The notes under the pieces: model-generated | Database searches by the model: none | What the model saw: the letters and a program-made list of their open reading frames with translations, nothing else | What the model was told of the DNA's origin: nothing | Assembly: GCA_965240325.2 (NCBI GenBank) | Contig: OZ251223.1 | Location: 2,728,001 to 2,792,000 of the forward strand | Reading direction: 5' to 3' | Length of the DNA stretch: 64,000 nucleotides | DNA from: Rebecca billardiae RCC1528 | Taxonomy: Eukaryota > Protista > Haptophyta | Made by a program: the position numbers and the translations under genes | Shown: positions 1-10,700 of the stretch, piece after piece | How positions within the stretch are numbered: position 1 is the first letter of the stretch | How the letters are laid out: each line of letters begins with the position of its first letter

Positions 1-897
1 CATCCGCCACACCTCGTTCGCGCTGAAGAAGCCGGCATTCGAGGGCGGCGCGGGCGCGCCTGGCGCTCCCGACAAGGGTGCTGCGGAGCCGGCGGCGGGC
101 GGGCCCACGCGCCCAAGCCGGGGCGGCAGCGCAGCGTAGAGTGCGCCCAAGGAGATGCGCGCCTCAGCATCCGTGGAGCCCTCCGTGAAGATGTGGCCTC
201 GCGAGCTCATGCGGCCAAGCTGCTGCCGGGCCGCCCACAGCTCCGCAATCGTCTGCCGATCACTGTCGGACAGAGCCAGGCTCCCCATGCCGCGAAGGTC
301 CGTGACAAACTCGGCATCATCCTCGGCCGCGGCAAGGCTGTCCACAGGAGAGCACGGCGGCCGAGCCAGGCACTCCTCGCGCTCGCGCTGCTCTTCGCGC
401 GCGTGCTCGGCCTCGAGCTCGCGGCTCTCCTCCGGGAAGAGGAGCTTGATTGCCGTCCACATCGCTGCGTTGACGACTGGCTCGCCCGACGTGCGTGGGA
501 GCTCACAGCGACAGAGCGGGCAGTGCATGCCGCAGCGGCGCGCCGAACGAGCCATGCACAGCGCGCAAAAGTTGTGGCCGCAGCTTGTTGTTGTTGGCTT
601 CACGCACACCTCCATGCACACGCCGCAGGTAAACTCGGCGCGTAACTTTGAGAGGATCAGCATGCGCCCGGGGCTCGCCGCCTTCGCTGACGAAGCCGGC
701 GGCAGTCGGTTTGTGTGCGCGCTGGGTGTGAGCACGGGCGGAAGGCTCAGTCCAGCTTTTGGCGGCTCAGCCTCACGCGGTACGAAGTGGGGGTCCTCGC
801 GCTCGATTTGCTCCGCCATATGTGCCATGTCCCAGCCGGCCCGCTCCGCGAGGGCCTGGAACGTCGGCGTACCGGGGGCGCCGCCCGTCAGCGTCAT
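1..897 (-). CDS. C3HC4 RING-finger E3 ubiquitin ligase (runs off window start; start codon uncertain)
   Basis: Manual minus-strand translation is open to base 1 and contains FTCGVCMEVCVKPTTTSCGHNFCALC...CPLCR...VNAAMWTAIKLLFP. The listed + ORF 155..1207 is its antisense shadow. Confidence 0.85.
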   Translation of the reverse strand, partial: MTLTGGAPGTPTFQALAERAGWDMAHMAEQIEREDPHFVPREAEPPKAGLSLPPVLTPSAHTNRLPPASSAKAASPGRMLILSKLRAEFTCGVCMEVCVKPTTTSCGHNFCALCMARSARRCGMHCPLCRCELPRTSGEPVVNAAMWTAIKLLFPEESRELEAEHAREEQREREECLARPPCSPVDSLAAAEDDAEFVTDLRGMGSLALSDSDRQTIAELWAARQQLGRMSSRGHIFTEGSTDAEARISLGALYAALPPRLGRVGPPAAGSAAPLSGAPGAPAPPSNAGFFSANEVWRM

Positions 898-1118
898 CGT
901 CAAGACGTCGACGACCGGCTCGGTGGTGCAGAGCCGCAGGGGAGAGCAATCTGAGGAGAGTTCATGCGCGCAGCCGTTTCGAGAGTCCGGGCGACGAGCG
1001 CGCGCGACAAGCCAACTGACGCTCGGCTTTCGCAACCATTGCTCTCCACACCTCCGGCTCCCGATCGAGAGACCCAGCCTGCAAAGAATCATCAGGGTCC
1101 AACTTCGAGAATCGCGCG

Positions 1119-2863
1119 ATGGCGTCGCTGTCGCGGCTGACGCGAGCTGCCCTCGGGACGACAGCCGGGGTGGCTGGCGTCGCCTTCGTCGCGTACGAGC
1201 AGGATGAGGGCGTTCGGCGTTCGATGATCTTTTGGAGCCGCGTGCTGCCGATCTACGCGCACTACCGCTGGCTCCAGTACGTGGAGCTGCCGGCGCGAGG
1301 GATCGACAACTCGAGCGATGAGTGCATGCGCGCGTATGACGTGCTTCACGAGCGGTACGCGCCAATCGTCGAGCGCTCGGCGCTCGAGCTCCGGGGCTTC
1401 TACCTTAAAGCGGCGCAGCTCGTGTCCACGCGCGACGACTTTGTGCCACCCGCGTACCTCGTGTGGTGCAAGCGCATGCAAGCGGAAGTGCCCACCCCTT
1501 TCCGCCCTGGCGAGGGCCGCCGGATCGTCGAGAAGGCGCTCGGCGGTGCGGAGGAGTTCGCGCGCACCTTTGCGCACTGGGAGGAGCAGCCGTGCGGCTC
1601 GGCGTCCATCGGCGTGGTGCACCGTGCCCGGCTGGCGGGAGACGGGCGCGAGGTGGCGGTGAAGGTAATGATGCCAGGCATTGAGTCCAAGTTCCGCTCC
1701 GACCTGGGCACGATCCGCCGCTTCTGCGCGCTCGCGATGCCGCAGCACGTCTCTGGGCTCGACGAGATCGATGCACAGTTCTTCACCGAGTTTGACTACA
1801 CGCTCGAGGCGCGCTCGATGGAGACGATCCACGACAACCTCGCGCGCACCCGCTGGACGAAGAAGGTGGTCGTGCCGAGGCCTGTCCCCGAGCTGTGCTC
1901 GCAGCACGTGCTCGTGATGGAGTACCTGCCGGGCGTCAAGCTGGACGACGGGCTGCGCGCGCAGTGGAGCCGGGTCGCCGAGCGTCGCGGCGTCTCGCTC
2001 GACAAGCTCGAGGCCATCGAGCGAAGCCGCCCACCGCGCGAGCTCTCGGACTCGCACTGGCGGCACCTGGCGGTCCGGCTGTGGCTGCGCATCTTCGATC
2101 TCGCGGCCAACGCGCCGCGGCTCGCGTTCAACTGGACGGTCGGCGCGCTCGTGGGCGTGCGGCTCCGGACGGAGTGGACGGAGGTTCCCATCGATCTGGC
2201 TGCAGTCATCCGCACGATCTGCGACGTGCATGCGCACGAGCTGTTTGTCGACGGCTGCTTCAACGGTGCGCCGGCCGCCGCGCCCTCGCCCGCGCGATAC
2301 TTAAGCGAGCCGGGCGCCCGGCGCTCACATGCTGCGCCCCGCCCACATCCCGCACATCCTCGGCACTCCGTGCTGGTTGGCTGCACCGACGCGCAGGCGA
2401 CCCCCACCCCGGCAACATCCTGCTGCTCCCCGACGGGCGCATCGGGCTGGTCGACTACGGGCAGGTGAAGCACATCCCAAAAGACTTTCGGATAAAGTAT
2501 GCGCGGCTAATTCTGGCGATCGCCGACCGCGACAATGAGGAGGCCGTGCGGATCGCGCGCGACGAGATCGGGCTGCGCACCCGCTACTGCGATCCGGAGA
2601 TCATGTGGCGCATTCTCGCGTTCAACCATGACCGCGACACGCCCGACGTGACGAATGGCCTCAACCTGCAGCTCTTCAGCGAGTGGGCGGAGGCGCGTGA
2701 CCCCATGGAATTCGTGCCGCGCGACCTGGTCTTCCCGGGGCGCGTGACCCTCATCCTACGCGGGTATGGCAACGCGTTTGGCCTAAAGCTGAGCGTCGCG
2801 CAGCTGTGGCGACCACACGCCGAGCGACTACTGCGTGAGGAGGGCCTGCTCGCCCCGGCGTGA
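1119..2863 (+). CDS. ABC1/ADCK/UbiB atypical protein kinase, 2 exons (intron 2266-2396)
   Basis: Motifs GFYLKAAQ, SASIGVVHRA, VAVKV, EFDY, LVMEY. Splicing GTGCGC...GCGCAG joins FNG|DPHPGNILL...LVDYG. Confidence 0.93.
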
Positions 2864-3480
2864 TGACGAATCTATATATATATATCAGTGTGTACTGTGT
2901 GGCGGCGCGCGCGTCGACGGCAACCGGGTGAACGGACTACGACGACAGCACTCAGCAGTATGCCCGAGTATGCGGATATATCACTCGGGTAGTAGTCGCG
3001 TCGATCTTTGGCGCCCTGACGAGTCTCATCATCAGACTAGCTATAACTGCTATAAGTAGTCATCGTCACTAGCAGTCGACACTATACTACTGAGTCATCG
3101 TTACTCGAGTCTGATCCGTTCTGAACCGGGGCCGGGCGACTGCTTCACTAATAATAAGCTAGCAGTTACGGCAGCGCTACTGGCACATCATCAATCGTGG
3201 GCGCTGCGCTGCCTGCTGCAGGCAGCAGGCGATATATATATATAATAAGTAATAACGCTTTTCAGACAGAGAGTTCAGATTAATCAGAAGCCTGATCGAA
3301 GCCCCGGCGGCGGAAGGAACAGTCGACGGACGCGGCATCTCGAAGGGGGGCCACGCATGCAAGGGAAAGTCGGCGGAGACCTATAGCCCATCATGGTCCA
3401 CACGGTCCTGGGGAGATGTTGATGAGTGATGGCGGCACTGGCAGTGTGAGTGACGCAGGCTCCGCTGACCGCTCAGTGAG

Positions 3481-6472
3481 TCAGTCCAACGGCGGGTAGT
3501 GCTCCCAGACGGACGTCTTGAGGAGGCTGCTGCCGATGGTCATGATGAGGACGAGCGAGCCGAGGTCGATCAGTACGGCCGCCCACAGCGGCATCAGGCC
3601 AATCAGGGTGACGACGATCGCGCTCACCTTGATCACCGCGGAGATGCCGATGTTGAGGTAGATCACGCGCCGGGCGTGGCGGCAGAGCTCGATGGCCTGC
3701 GGAAGGCGCTCGAGGTTGTCCGTGAGGATCACGATGTCCGCCGACTTGCTCGCGAGCGCGGTGCCCGACGCGCCCATGGCCACGCCTACCGTCGCCTCGG
3801 CCAGCGCGGTCGCGTCGTTGATCCCATCGCCGACCATCGCCGTGAAGCGCTTGCGCCCGTGCTTGGAGCCGCCGCCCAGCGGGTTCGCGTCGCCGAGCTC
3901 GCGCACGCCGTCCAGCTTGTCCGACGGAAGCAGCCCGGAGCGCACGGCCGAGATGCCGACGACCCGGGCGAGCGGCATGGCGGAGGCCTCGGTCGCGCCA
4001 GTGAGCATCGTCACCTCGCACCCGAGGCCCACGAGCCGGCTCACCGTGCGCCGCGCCTCCGAGCGCACCTCGTCGTTGAGCGCGAGCGCGAGGACGAGTG
4101 CGCCATTCACGAGCACGGCGAGGTTGGTGTCGTTCTCGTGCGACGCGCAGAAGGCGCCGAACCAGTCGACGGAGTCCTTGGAGGCGTGGTGGGCGGCGAG
4201 GGCGCGCGCGTTGCCAACGACGATGTCTTGCGTGGGGCCCGCCCCCTTGCCGCCCAGCGCGAGCAGGCCCTCGAGCGCGCGGCGCGGCGCGGCCGCGCCG
4301 CCGCTGCCGGCCGCGCCGGCGTGCGCGAGCACCCGGCCCTCGAGCCCGAGGCCGTCGACCTGATGGAAGTCCGTGACGTGCGGCAGCTCGTTGGCGCCGG
4401 ACTCCGCGGCCTCGCCCACGCAGCCCAGCGCCTCGGCGACGATGGCGTGCGCGAGCGGGTGCGTCGAGCGCGCCTCGATGGCCGCCGCTGCGCGAAGAGC
4501 GTCGAGGGCGACCGCTGAGAGCGGCGCGCCGCGCGTCGTGCGCGCCGCCGGCTGCCGGCCGCCAAAGCCGCGCGGCGCGCCGGCGGCGGCGGGCGTGCCG
4601 GGCGGGGCGCGCGCGGCGAGGGACGCCGCGGCGCCCGCGCCGGCGGTGTACTCGTCGATGGCGATCACCGAGAACTCACCCGTCGTCAGCGTGCCCGTCT
4701 TGTCCACGCCGACCTGCGAGACGCTCGCGAGCTGCTCGACCGCGTCCGCGCGCTTGACCAGCACTCCGTGCCGCGCGGCCGACGCGATGGTGGCCATCGT
4801 CGGGATGGGCGAGGCGAAGATGAGCGAGCACGGGCACGCGAGCAGCAGAAGCACGAGCGCGCGCTCGCCCCACACGTCGATCCCCTGCGGCGTGACGAGC
4901 GGCCCGACCACGACGATGGCCACAGCGAGCGCGAGCGTGACGGGGGTCCACCAGCGCGCAAAGCTGTCGACCGCGCGCTGCGTCGCGCCGCGCTGCGCCT
5001 GCGCTCGGCGCACAATCTCGGCGATCGCGGCGAGCTCCGAGTCGTCCGGGTCGGCTGTGAGCTTCACGGTGGCGAAGCCGTGCAGCGCGATCGAGCCCGA
5101 CGCGACGCGATCGCCGACGAGCTTGCCGACTGGCTCGTGCTCGCCCGTGACCGCCGCCTCGGAGACGACGACCGAGCCCGCCGCCACCTCGCCATCCACG
5201 ACGCACTGCTCGCCCGCGCGCAGCTCGATGCGGTCGCCGGCCACCAGCGTCGAAATCGCGACCGCACCGCCGCCGTCGGCGAGCGTCGCGGTGCGCGGCA
5301 TCGTGAGGTGCGTAGCCACGGAGAGCGAGCGGTTGACGCGCGCCAGCATCCAGCTGCGGGGATGGCGCAGTCGGTCGCGCCGGCGCAGGAGGGCAGCCGA
5401 GTGGCGATCAGAGGGGAGAGGGCGGGGCCGACGCCGGCTGGCGGGCGCGCGCCCTCGGCCGCGCGCAAAGGGGCGCCGCGCGCACGCGGGAGCGCGGCGC
5501 GGAGGGCGCGCGCGCGCACCGCTCGACCAGCTTTGCCGACGCCCACAGAGCGACGAGCAGCCCTGCCTCGATCCACTCGCCGAGCGCGATCGCGCCACCG
5601 ATCGCAATCAGCATCAGGAATCGCATCTCGAGCCGGATCACGCGCAGCCCGATCCACTCGCGCAGCATCTCGACGAGCATCGGCAGCGCGCCCACCACGG
5701 CGCACGCGCAGAGCACGACGAGGGCGGTCACGTGGAGCGCCTCCGCGTCGGCGCCGCCCCCGACGCCGTGCTCGCTGCCGAGGCCGCCGCCACTGGCGAT
5801 GTGGAGCGCAGCGCCCGCCACGAAGAGCAGCCACAGCAGCAGCGCGTGCAGCACCGCCGCATGCGCCCGCACGCGCTGCAAGAGCGTGGTCGGAGCAGCG
5901 TCGCCGTCGGCGACACCGCCAGCGCTGATGAGCGATGCGCCTAGATTCGCGTGGTTGAGCGCCGAGGTGATCGTGTCCGGCGCCAGGCAATGGGTGTCAG
6001 AGCAGTGCTGCACGTACATGGTGCGGGACACAATGTTGATGTCTGTCGACTGCACACCCGGCATCGGGTCGAGCAGCACGTGCACGAGGCGGACCTCCGC
6101 CTCGCAGCACACGTTACGCACGCGGTATGCGCTGGTGACCATGCTGTGCTCGTGGTCGAGCGCGCTGCGCTGCAGCTTGGCGACTGGCACGGCGACGTGG
6201 CCGCTCGTGTGCTCGCCGCCGCGGCCGTGCCCATGGCCGTGCCCATGGCCGTGCTCGTGCTCGTGCTCGCGCTTGTCATCGTGCTTGTGCTCGTGCCCGT
6301 GCCCATGCTCATGCCCGTGGTCGTGGCCGTGTTCGTGGCGCTCGTGGTGGTTTCCGTGGTCATGGGCGTGGGGGTGGCCATGGTCATGGTGATCACAGCA
6401 GTCGTCGTCATCATCGCAGTCGTCGTGCGCATGGCCGTGGCCGTGATGGCCCATTGTGCCGTGGCCTCCCAT
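3481..6472 (-). CDS. P1B-type heavy-metal (Zn/Cd/Co-like) ATPase with His-rich N-terminus and HMA domain, 2 exons (intron 5354-5519)
   Basis: CPC, DKTGTLT, TGE, HPLA and GDGINDA motifs; CCEAE HMA motif; Lys and Asp-x-Gly in the last TM helices as in P1B-2 pumps. Confidence 0.93.
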
Positions 6473-6829
6473 TCGGAGGGCGGCACCCCCCCTCTTGTTG
6501 CGTGCAAACGACGAGCGTCACCCGATCGACACCCGTCCGCCCGGCTCTCGAGCGCCGAACTCACCCGCGGACCCGCCCCAGTTCGGCGAATAATTATCGG
6601 TCGTCCAATCAGAAGCAACTGACAATGGCCTGATGGGTGAGGCCGGAATAATACGTGATGCAAGAGCCCGCGAAAGAGGCCCTCGGGAGCTTCGGTTTGC
6701 GATCTCCTTTGGTGGGCGCTCATCAAGGCGCGCACTTTCTCCCGCCGCGCCATCGGCTGCGGAGCGCGCCGATCTGTGTCACTCCGACCTCACGAGTCCT
6801 CGACAAGCTCATCAGCGACTCTGACTCGA

Positions 6830-8437
6830 TCACCCGACTTCTGCCGTCACGCGAGCCGAGATCTCCGCGAACGCGGCGTTGCAACGCGCGAGCGCCGCGG
6901 CCGACAGCGGCAGGGCACCTGCTCGTCCGCCCTGCCCCGCCGGCAGCGGCGCGAGCGCGCATCGCAGGCTCGGGTGCAGGCTGAGGCGCGCGCCTGTGCT
7001 CGAAGGCACCTCCTCGTGTGGCCGGCACCGGAACAGCGCGGGCTTGAGCTTCTCCTTGATGCGCGGGTCGTATGCGCGCAGCTCGGTGGCCCAGCCGTGC
7101 CCATCGGTGGGGCACGCGCAGATGCTCCTCAGCCCGTAGAGCTGCACCTTAGGCCCGACCTGGTCGTGGTTGCACCCCTTGCGCCACAGGCAGCCGTCGC
7201 ACACGCGCGAGACGAGACCGTTGCCCTTCACCTGCTTGCGCGGCGTCGCGGACGGCCGGTGCCAGCTCGGGCGGTAGGCGGCCGCAAGGCGCGGTGCGAG
7301 CGAGCTGACAAGCGCCGCCTCGTTCGGCGTGTACGACTTGAGCCGCGGCTGGTAGAACGGCACGTCCGTGCGGTTGGCGCGGTCGATGTACGCGTTGCCC
7401 GTGCCGTACCGCACAGGGTTGCCCTTGCCGTGCCGCGCGTCCGGGCGCTTCGCGGTCGGGTGGCGCACGTCGCCTCCCCAATGGTAGCCCAGGGCCTGGT
7501 TGCTCCGCGCGAGCACGCGATGCGCGCCGTCGAGCCACACCGCGATCGACCCCATCGGTCGAGGCGCGAGCCCCACAGCCGGCGTGCCGAGCAGCTCGCC
7601 GAGCGTGCGCACGAGCGCGGGCGCGTCTGCCATGTCCTCCGCGTGCAGCACCGCGTCATAGTAGGGGCGTTCAGCGCGGAGCTCGCGTGCGAAGAGGTGG
7701 TCGGCAAGGAGGAACTTGGCGCGCATGCCGCCTCCTGCCTCGCAGAAGCGCTTGATCCTCAGCGACAAGTAATTCTGCAGCGGATCGCGCACAAACAAGA
7801 TGCGCGCCGTCGGCCGCACGCGCTCCCACGAGCGCCAGGTGAGAGTCTCCCCGTCGAACTCACAGGGAGGGTGAGGCGAGTCGCTACCGTCCGCAGACGC
7901 CCAGAGATGGGCCATCTTCATCTTGCCAACGTAGTGGTGGTCGCGCACGCCCGCGGTCGACGTCTCGTTGATGCGCTCTGGGAGCGCAACCTGCGCGTCA
8001 AAGATGTCGGGGAAGCACGCCACGTGCCGGCCCGGCCGGCTCAGCTGGCTACACAAAAAGAGGGTGAAGAGCGTGCAGCCCGAGTTGGGCATGCAGTCGA
8101 TCTGTATGGTGTGGAAGCCCAGCGCGTTGGGCGAGGTGCGCCGGAAGACGCGCGAGCGTGGCCTCGAAGCGGCCGCCGACGCCATGGCTGGGGGAGAAAT
8201 GTGAGTAAATGTCAAAACAATGCCGGTCATTCGAACCGGTGACACCGGACACGCCGTCCGTTCGCCACGCAGTCTGGGCGAGACTATCTGGGCGGGGAAG
8301 GTCGGGGCGACAAAGGAGATCGGGGGCAGAGATCGTCGACGTCGGACTCGACCGTCAGACTCGGACTCCGAGTCCGAGTCCGACCACGCCGACCGGGCGA
8401 CTTGAGGGAGACTGGGCACCTCTGACGACTTCTGCAT
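6830..8437 (-). CDS. Sulfotransferase-like protein (start may be 8185)
   Basis: PNSGCTLF resembles the 5'-PSB loop; ILFVRDPLQNYLS matches the 3'-PB motif (RdP..xxS). Confidence 0.6.
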   Translation of the reverse strand: MQKSSEVPSLPQVARSAWSDSDSESESDGRVRRRRSLPPISFVAPTFPAQIVSPRLRGERTACPVSPVRMTGIVLTFTHISPPAMASAAASRPRSRVFRRTSPNALGFHTIQIDCMPNSGCTLFTLFLCSQLSRPGRHVACFPDIFDAQVALPERINETSTAGVRDHHYVGKMKMAHLWASADGSDSPHPPCEFDGETLTWRSWERVRPTARILFVRDPLQNYLSLRIKRFCEAGGGMRAKFLLADHLFARELRAERPYYDAVLHAEDMADAPALVRTLGELLGTPAVGLAPRPMGSIAVWLDGAHRVLARSNQALGYHWGGDVRHPTAKRPDARHGKGNPVRYGTGNAYIDRANRTDVPFYQPRLKSYTPNEAALVSSLAPRLAAAYRPSWHRPSATPRKQVKGNGLVSRVCDGCLWRKGCNHDQVGPKVQLYGLRSICACPTDGHGWATELRAYDPRIKEKLKPALFRCRPHEEVPSSTGARLSLHPSLRCALAPLPAGQGGRAGALPLSAAALARCNAAFAEISARVTAEVG

Positions 8438-8823
8438 GCACAGGCCTCGTTGGAGTCAGTCCAGAGACTTCAAGGGCAAGGCAGAGGCACTCGGCACGCA
8501 GGGACTTCACGGGCAGTGAGACTTATTCTTACAGCTTTGTCATTAGTGCTTACGTAAGTCGTTAAGAAATTCCCCATCAAGTTTATTATAACGCCATTAA
8601 CGGGCTCCGGGTAGTCGAGTATAGTCTCTGGCCCGAGTCTGGGTTTACCGAATTACTGTTTCAAAGAGAGTAATGAGACTCGGTATCGTAGAACCCGGAT
8701 ACTCCCAGCACCCTATGCTTTCTTACCAGGGCACTGGCATATGTATTTGGCAGATCGCATGCAGCCACACTCCACAGGCTGCACGGTTGAGAGCTTCTGC
8801 GGAGCTTGTCACTCGTGACGATG

Positions 8824-9522
8824 TCACGTGTACAGGAAGAAGCCGTTCGTCTCCACAAGCGCATCTGTGTATTTCTTCGGGGTGTAGTCGGCCTGCAGCT
8901 GGTCCAAGGGTACCACTGCATCCGTAGGCTTGCCAAAGGCTGGAGCGACAGCCCGAGCGAGCGCCCTTGATGCTGCTTCGGGTGATTCTGCGGTGATGCT
9001 GCTCACCGCCAGGAGGGTGCATGGCACGCCCTTGGCTCGCGCGAGCATGAGCAGCATGCTGATGAGCGAGTCCTGGATCCGGACGTTGCCAGCGAGCCGC
9101 GGGAAGGTGACGAACTGCCCTGCGTGCCCGTCGGCAGCCTCGACGACCAGGGCAACGTGCACGTCGTGCACGTGAGAACTTGCGGGCGTGAATCGCAGAG
9201 CACTGGCGATGACGAGGTGTCCGCCCGGCGCACGCTCTTGAAGCAGCTCAAGGATCTGCAGTGCACGTGGCATGACGTCGCTGCCAGAAAGCTCCGTGTT
9301 GACGGCGATCGCCACGGCACCCTTGCCAGTCGAGAGCCCTTCGACGTGTGCTAGTGGTCGGTGCGCAGCGCGATGCGAGAACGCTGGCGCCTTGCAGCCG
9401 GTCCACTCCAGTGACCAGCGCTCGTGCTCGCCGCCGGCACTACCGCTCTCGACGACATGCGCAAGCACCGCATGGCATCCGGCGAAGGCCGAGTCGCAAG
9501 TGCCCAGGACGACGGTCGACAT
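8824..9522 (-). CDS. Hypothetical protein, possible proteasome assembly chaperone 1 (PAC1/PSMG1)-like
   Basis: 232-aa ORF ending in LYT (HbYX motif); segment DSLISMLLMLARAKGVPCTLL resembles the PAC1 core; head-to-head with MED31. Confidence 0.45.
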   Translation of the reverse strand: MSTVVLGTCDSAFAGCHAVLAHVVESGSAGGEHERWSLEWTGCKAPAFSHRAAHRPLAHVEGLSTGKGAVAIAVNTELSGSDVMPRALQILELLQERAPGGHLVIASALRFTPASSHVHDVHVALVVEAADGHAGQFVTFPRLAGNVRIQDSLISMLLMLARAKGVPCTLLAVSSITAESPEAASRALARAVAPAFGKPTDAVVPLDQLQADYTPKKYTDALVETNGFFLYT

Positions 9523-9707
9523 GCTTGCTTGAGCCGGAGGTCGTGTGCGCGCCGCCGCGCGCTCGCTCGCCCGTGGCCGTGACGGTGCCGGTGGGGCGTG
9601 GGCAGTGGGGATCCGGATTGCACTATTATCCTGATCCGGTACGTCTACGTGCGCCACCCGCACGATGGCGGCTCGGTCTTGCGCAGGGTAGGATTTCTTG
9701 TGGCCGA

Positions 9708-10124
9708 ATGACGGTGTCCGAGCGCTTTCAGGTGGAGCTCGAGTTCGTGCAGGCGCTCGCAAATGTCGACTACCTCGCACATCTCTCGCGTTCGGACGTT
9801 CTCGACGAGGATGACTTCATACGATTTCTCGACTATTTGCAGTACTGGCACGAGCCACAGTACGCAAAACACATTGTCTACCCCCAGTGCCTGCGCATGC
9901 TGGATCTGCTGCAGGAGCCAGGCTTCCGCCTGGCACTGAAGAACCCCATCTTCGTCGAGTACGCGAGGCGACAAACCACGCTGCACTGGTTCCATCGCAG
10001 CTCGGCGTTCAGAGCTCATCCTGCGCCTGCAGCAGCAGCTAGTGCTGACAATGACATTGTGAAGCCAGAAGAGGACAATGCTGAGGTGGGCGCCAAGCGG
10101 CCCAGATTCCCTCCAGCCGACTGA
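9708..10124 (+). CDS. MED31: Mediator complex subunit 31 (SOH1)
   Basis: RFQVELEFVQALAN..YLAHL...FIRFLDYLQYWHEPQYAKHIVYPQCLRMLDLLQ is the family signature. Confidence 0.96.
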   Translation: MTVSERFQVELEFVQALANVDYLAHLSRSDVLDEDDFIRFLDYLQYWHEPQYAKHIVYPQCLRMLDLLQEPGFRLALKNPIFVEYARRQTTLHWFHRSSAFRAHPAPAAAASADNDIVKPEEDNAEVGAKRPRFPPAD

Positions 10125-10385
10125 GCACACTACCTTGCGCCTCTTCGCTCGGCCGCCCCAACAGCGGTCCAACCCTGGCGCTCCGACGCCTGAGACAGCC
10201 ACACGGCCGGTACCGGTACCACCTGCTGCGACACGCCGGGCTCGGTGCTCCGTGCTGTCGAGCTGAGAGTGCTGCGAAGCGGAAGCGGACGCCCGGCGAC
10301 CGATGATGGGACCGTCCGAGTCGACTGGGCACTGTCAGACGAAGGACCAATGGAGCATCGCTTCGTAGAATCTTCGTCCGTCGTC

Positions 10386-10610
<225 letters not shown>

Positions 10611-10700
10611 GTCGCCCATCACTCCATCGCCGAGCGGAAGCTCGACGCACCGTCTGGCGTCGACGCGCACGCGCCACCGCGGTGGTCATATATTTGTGTA

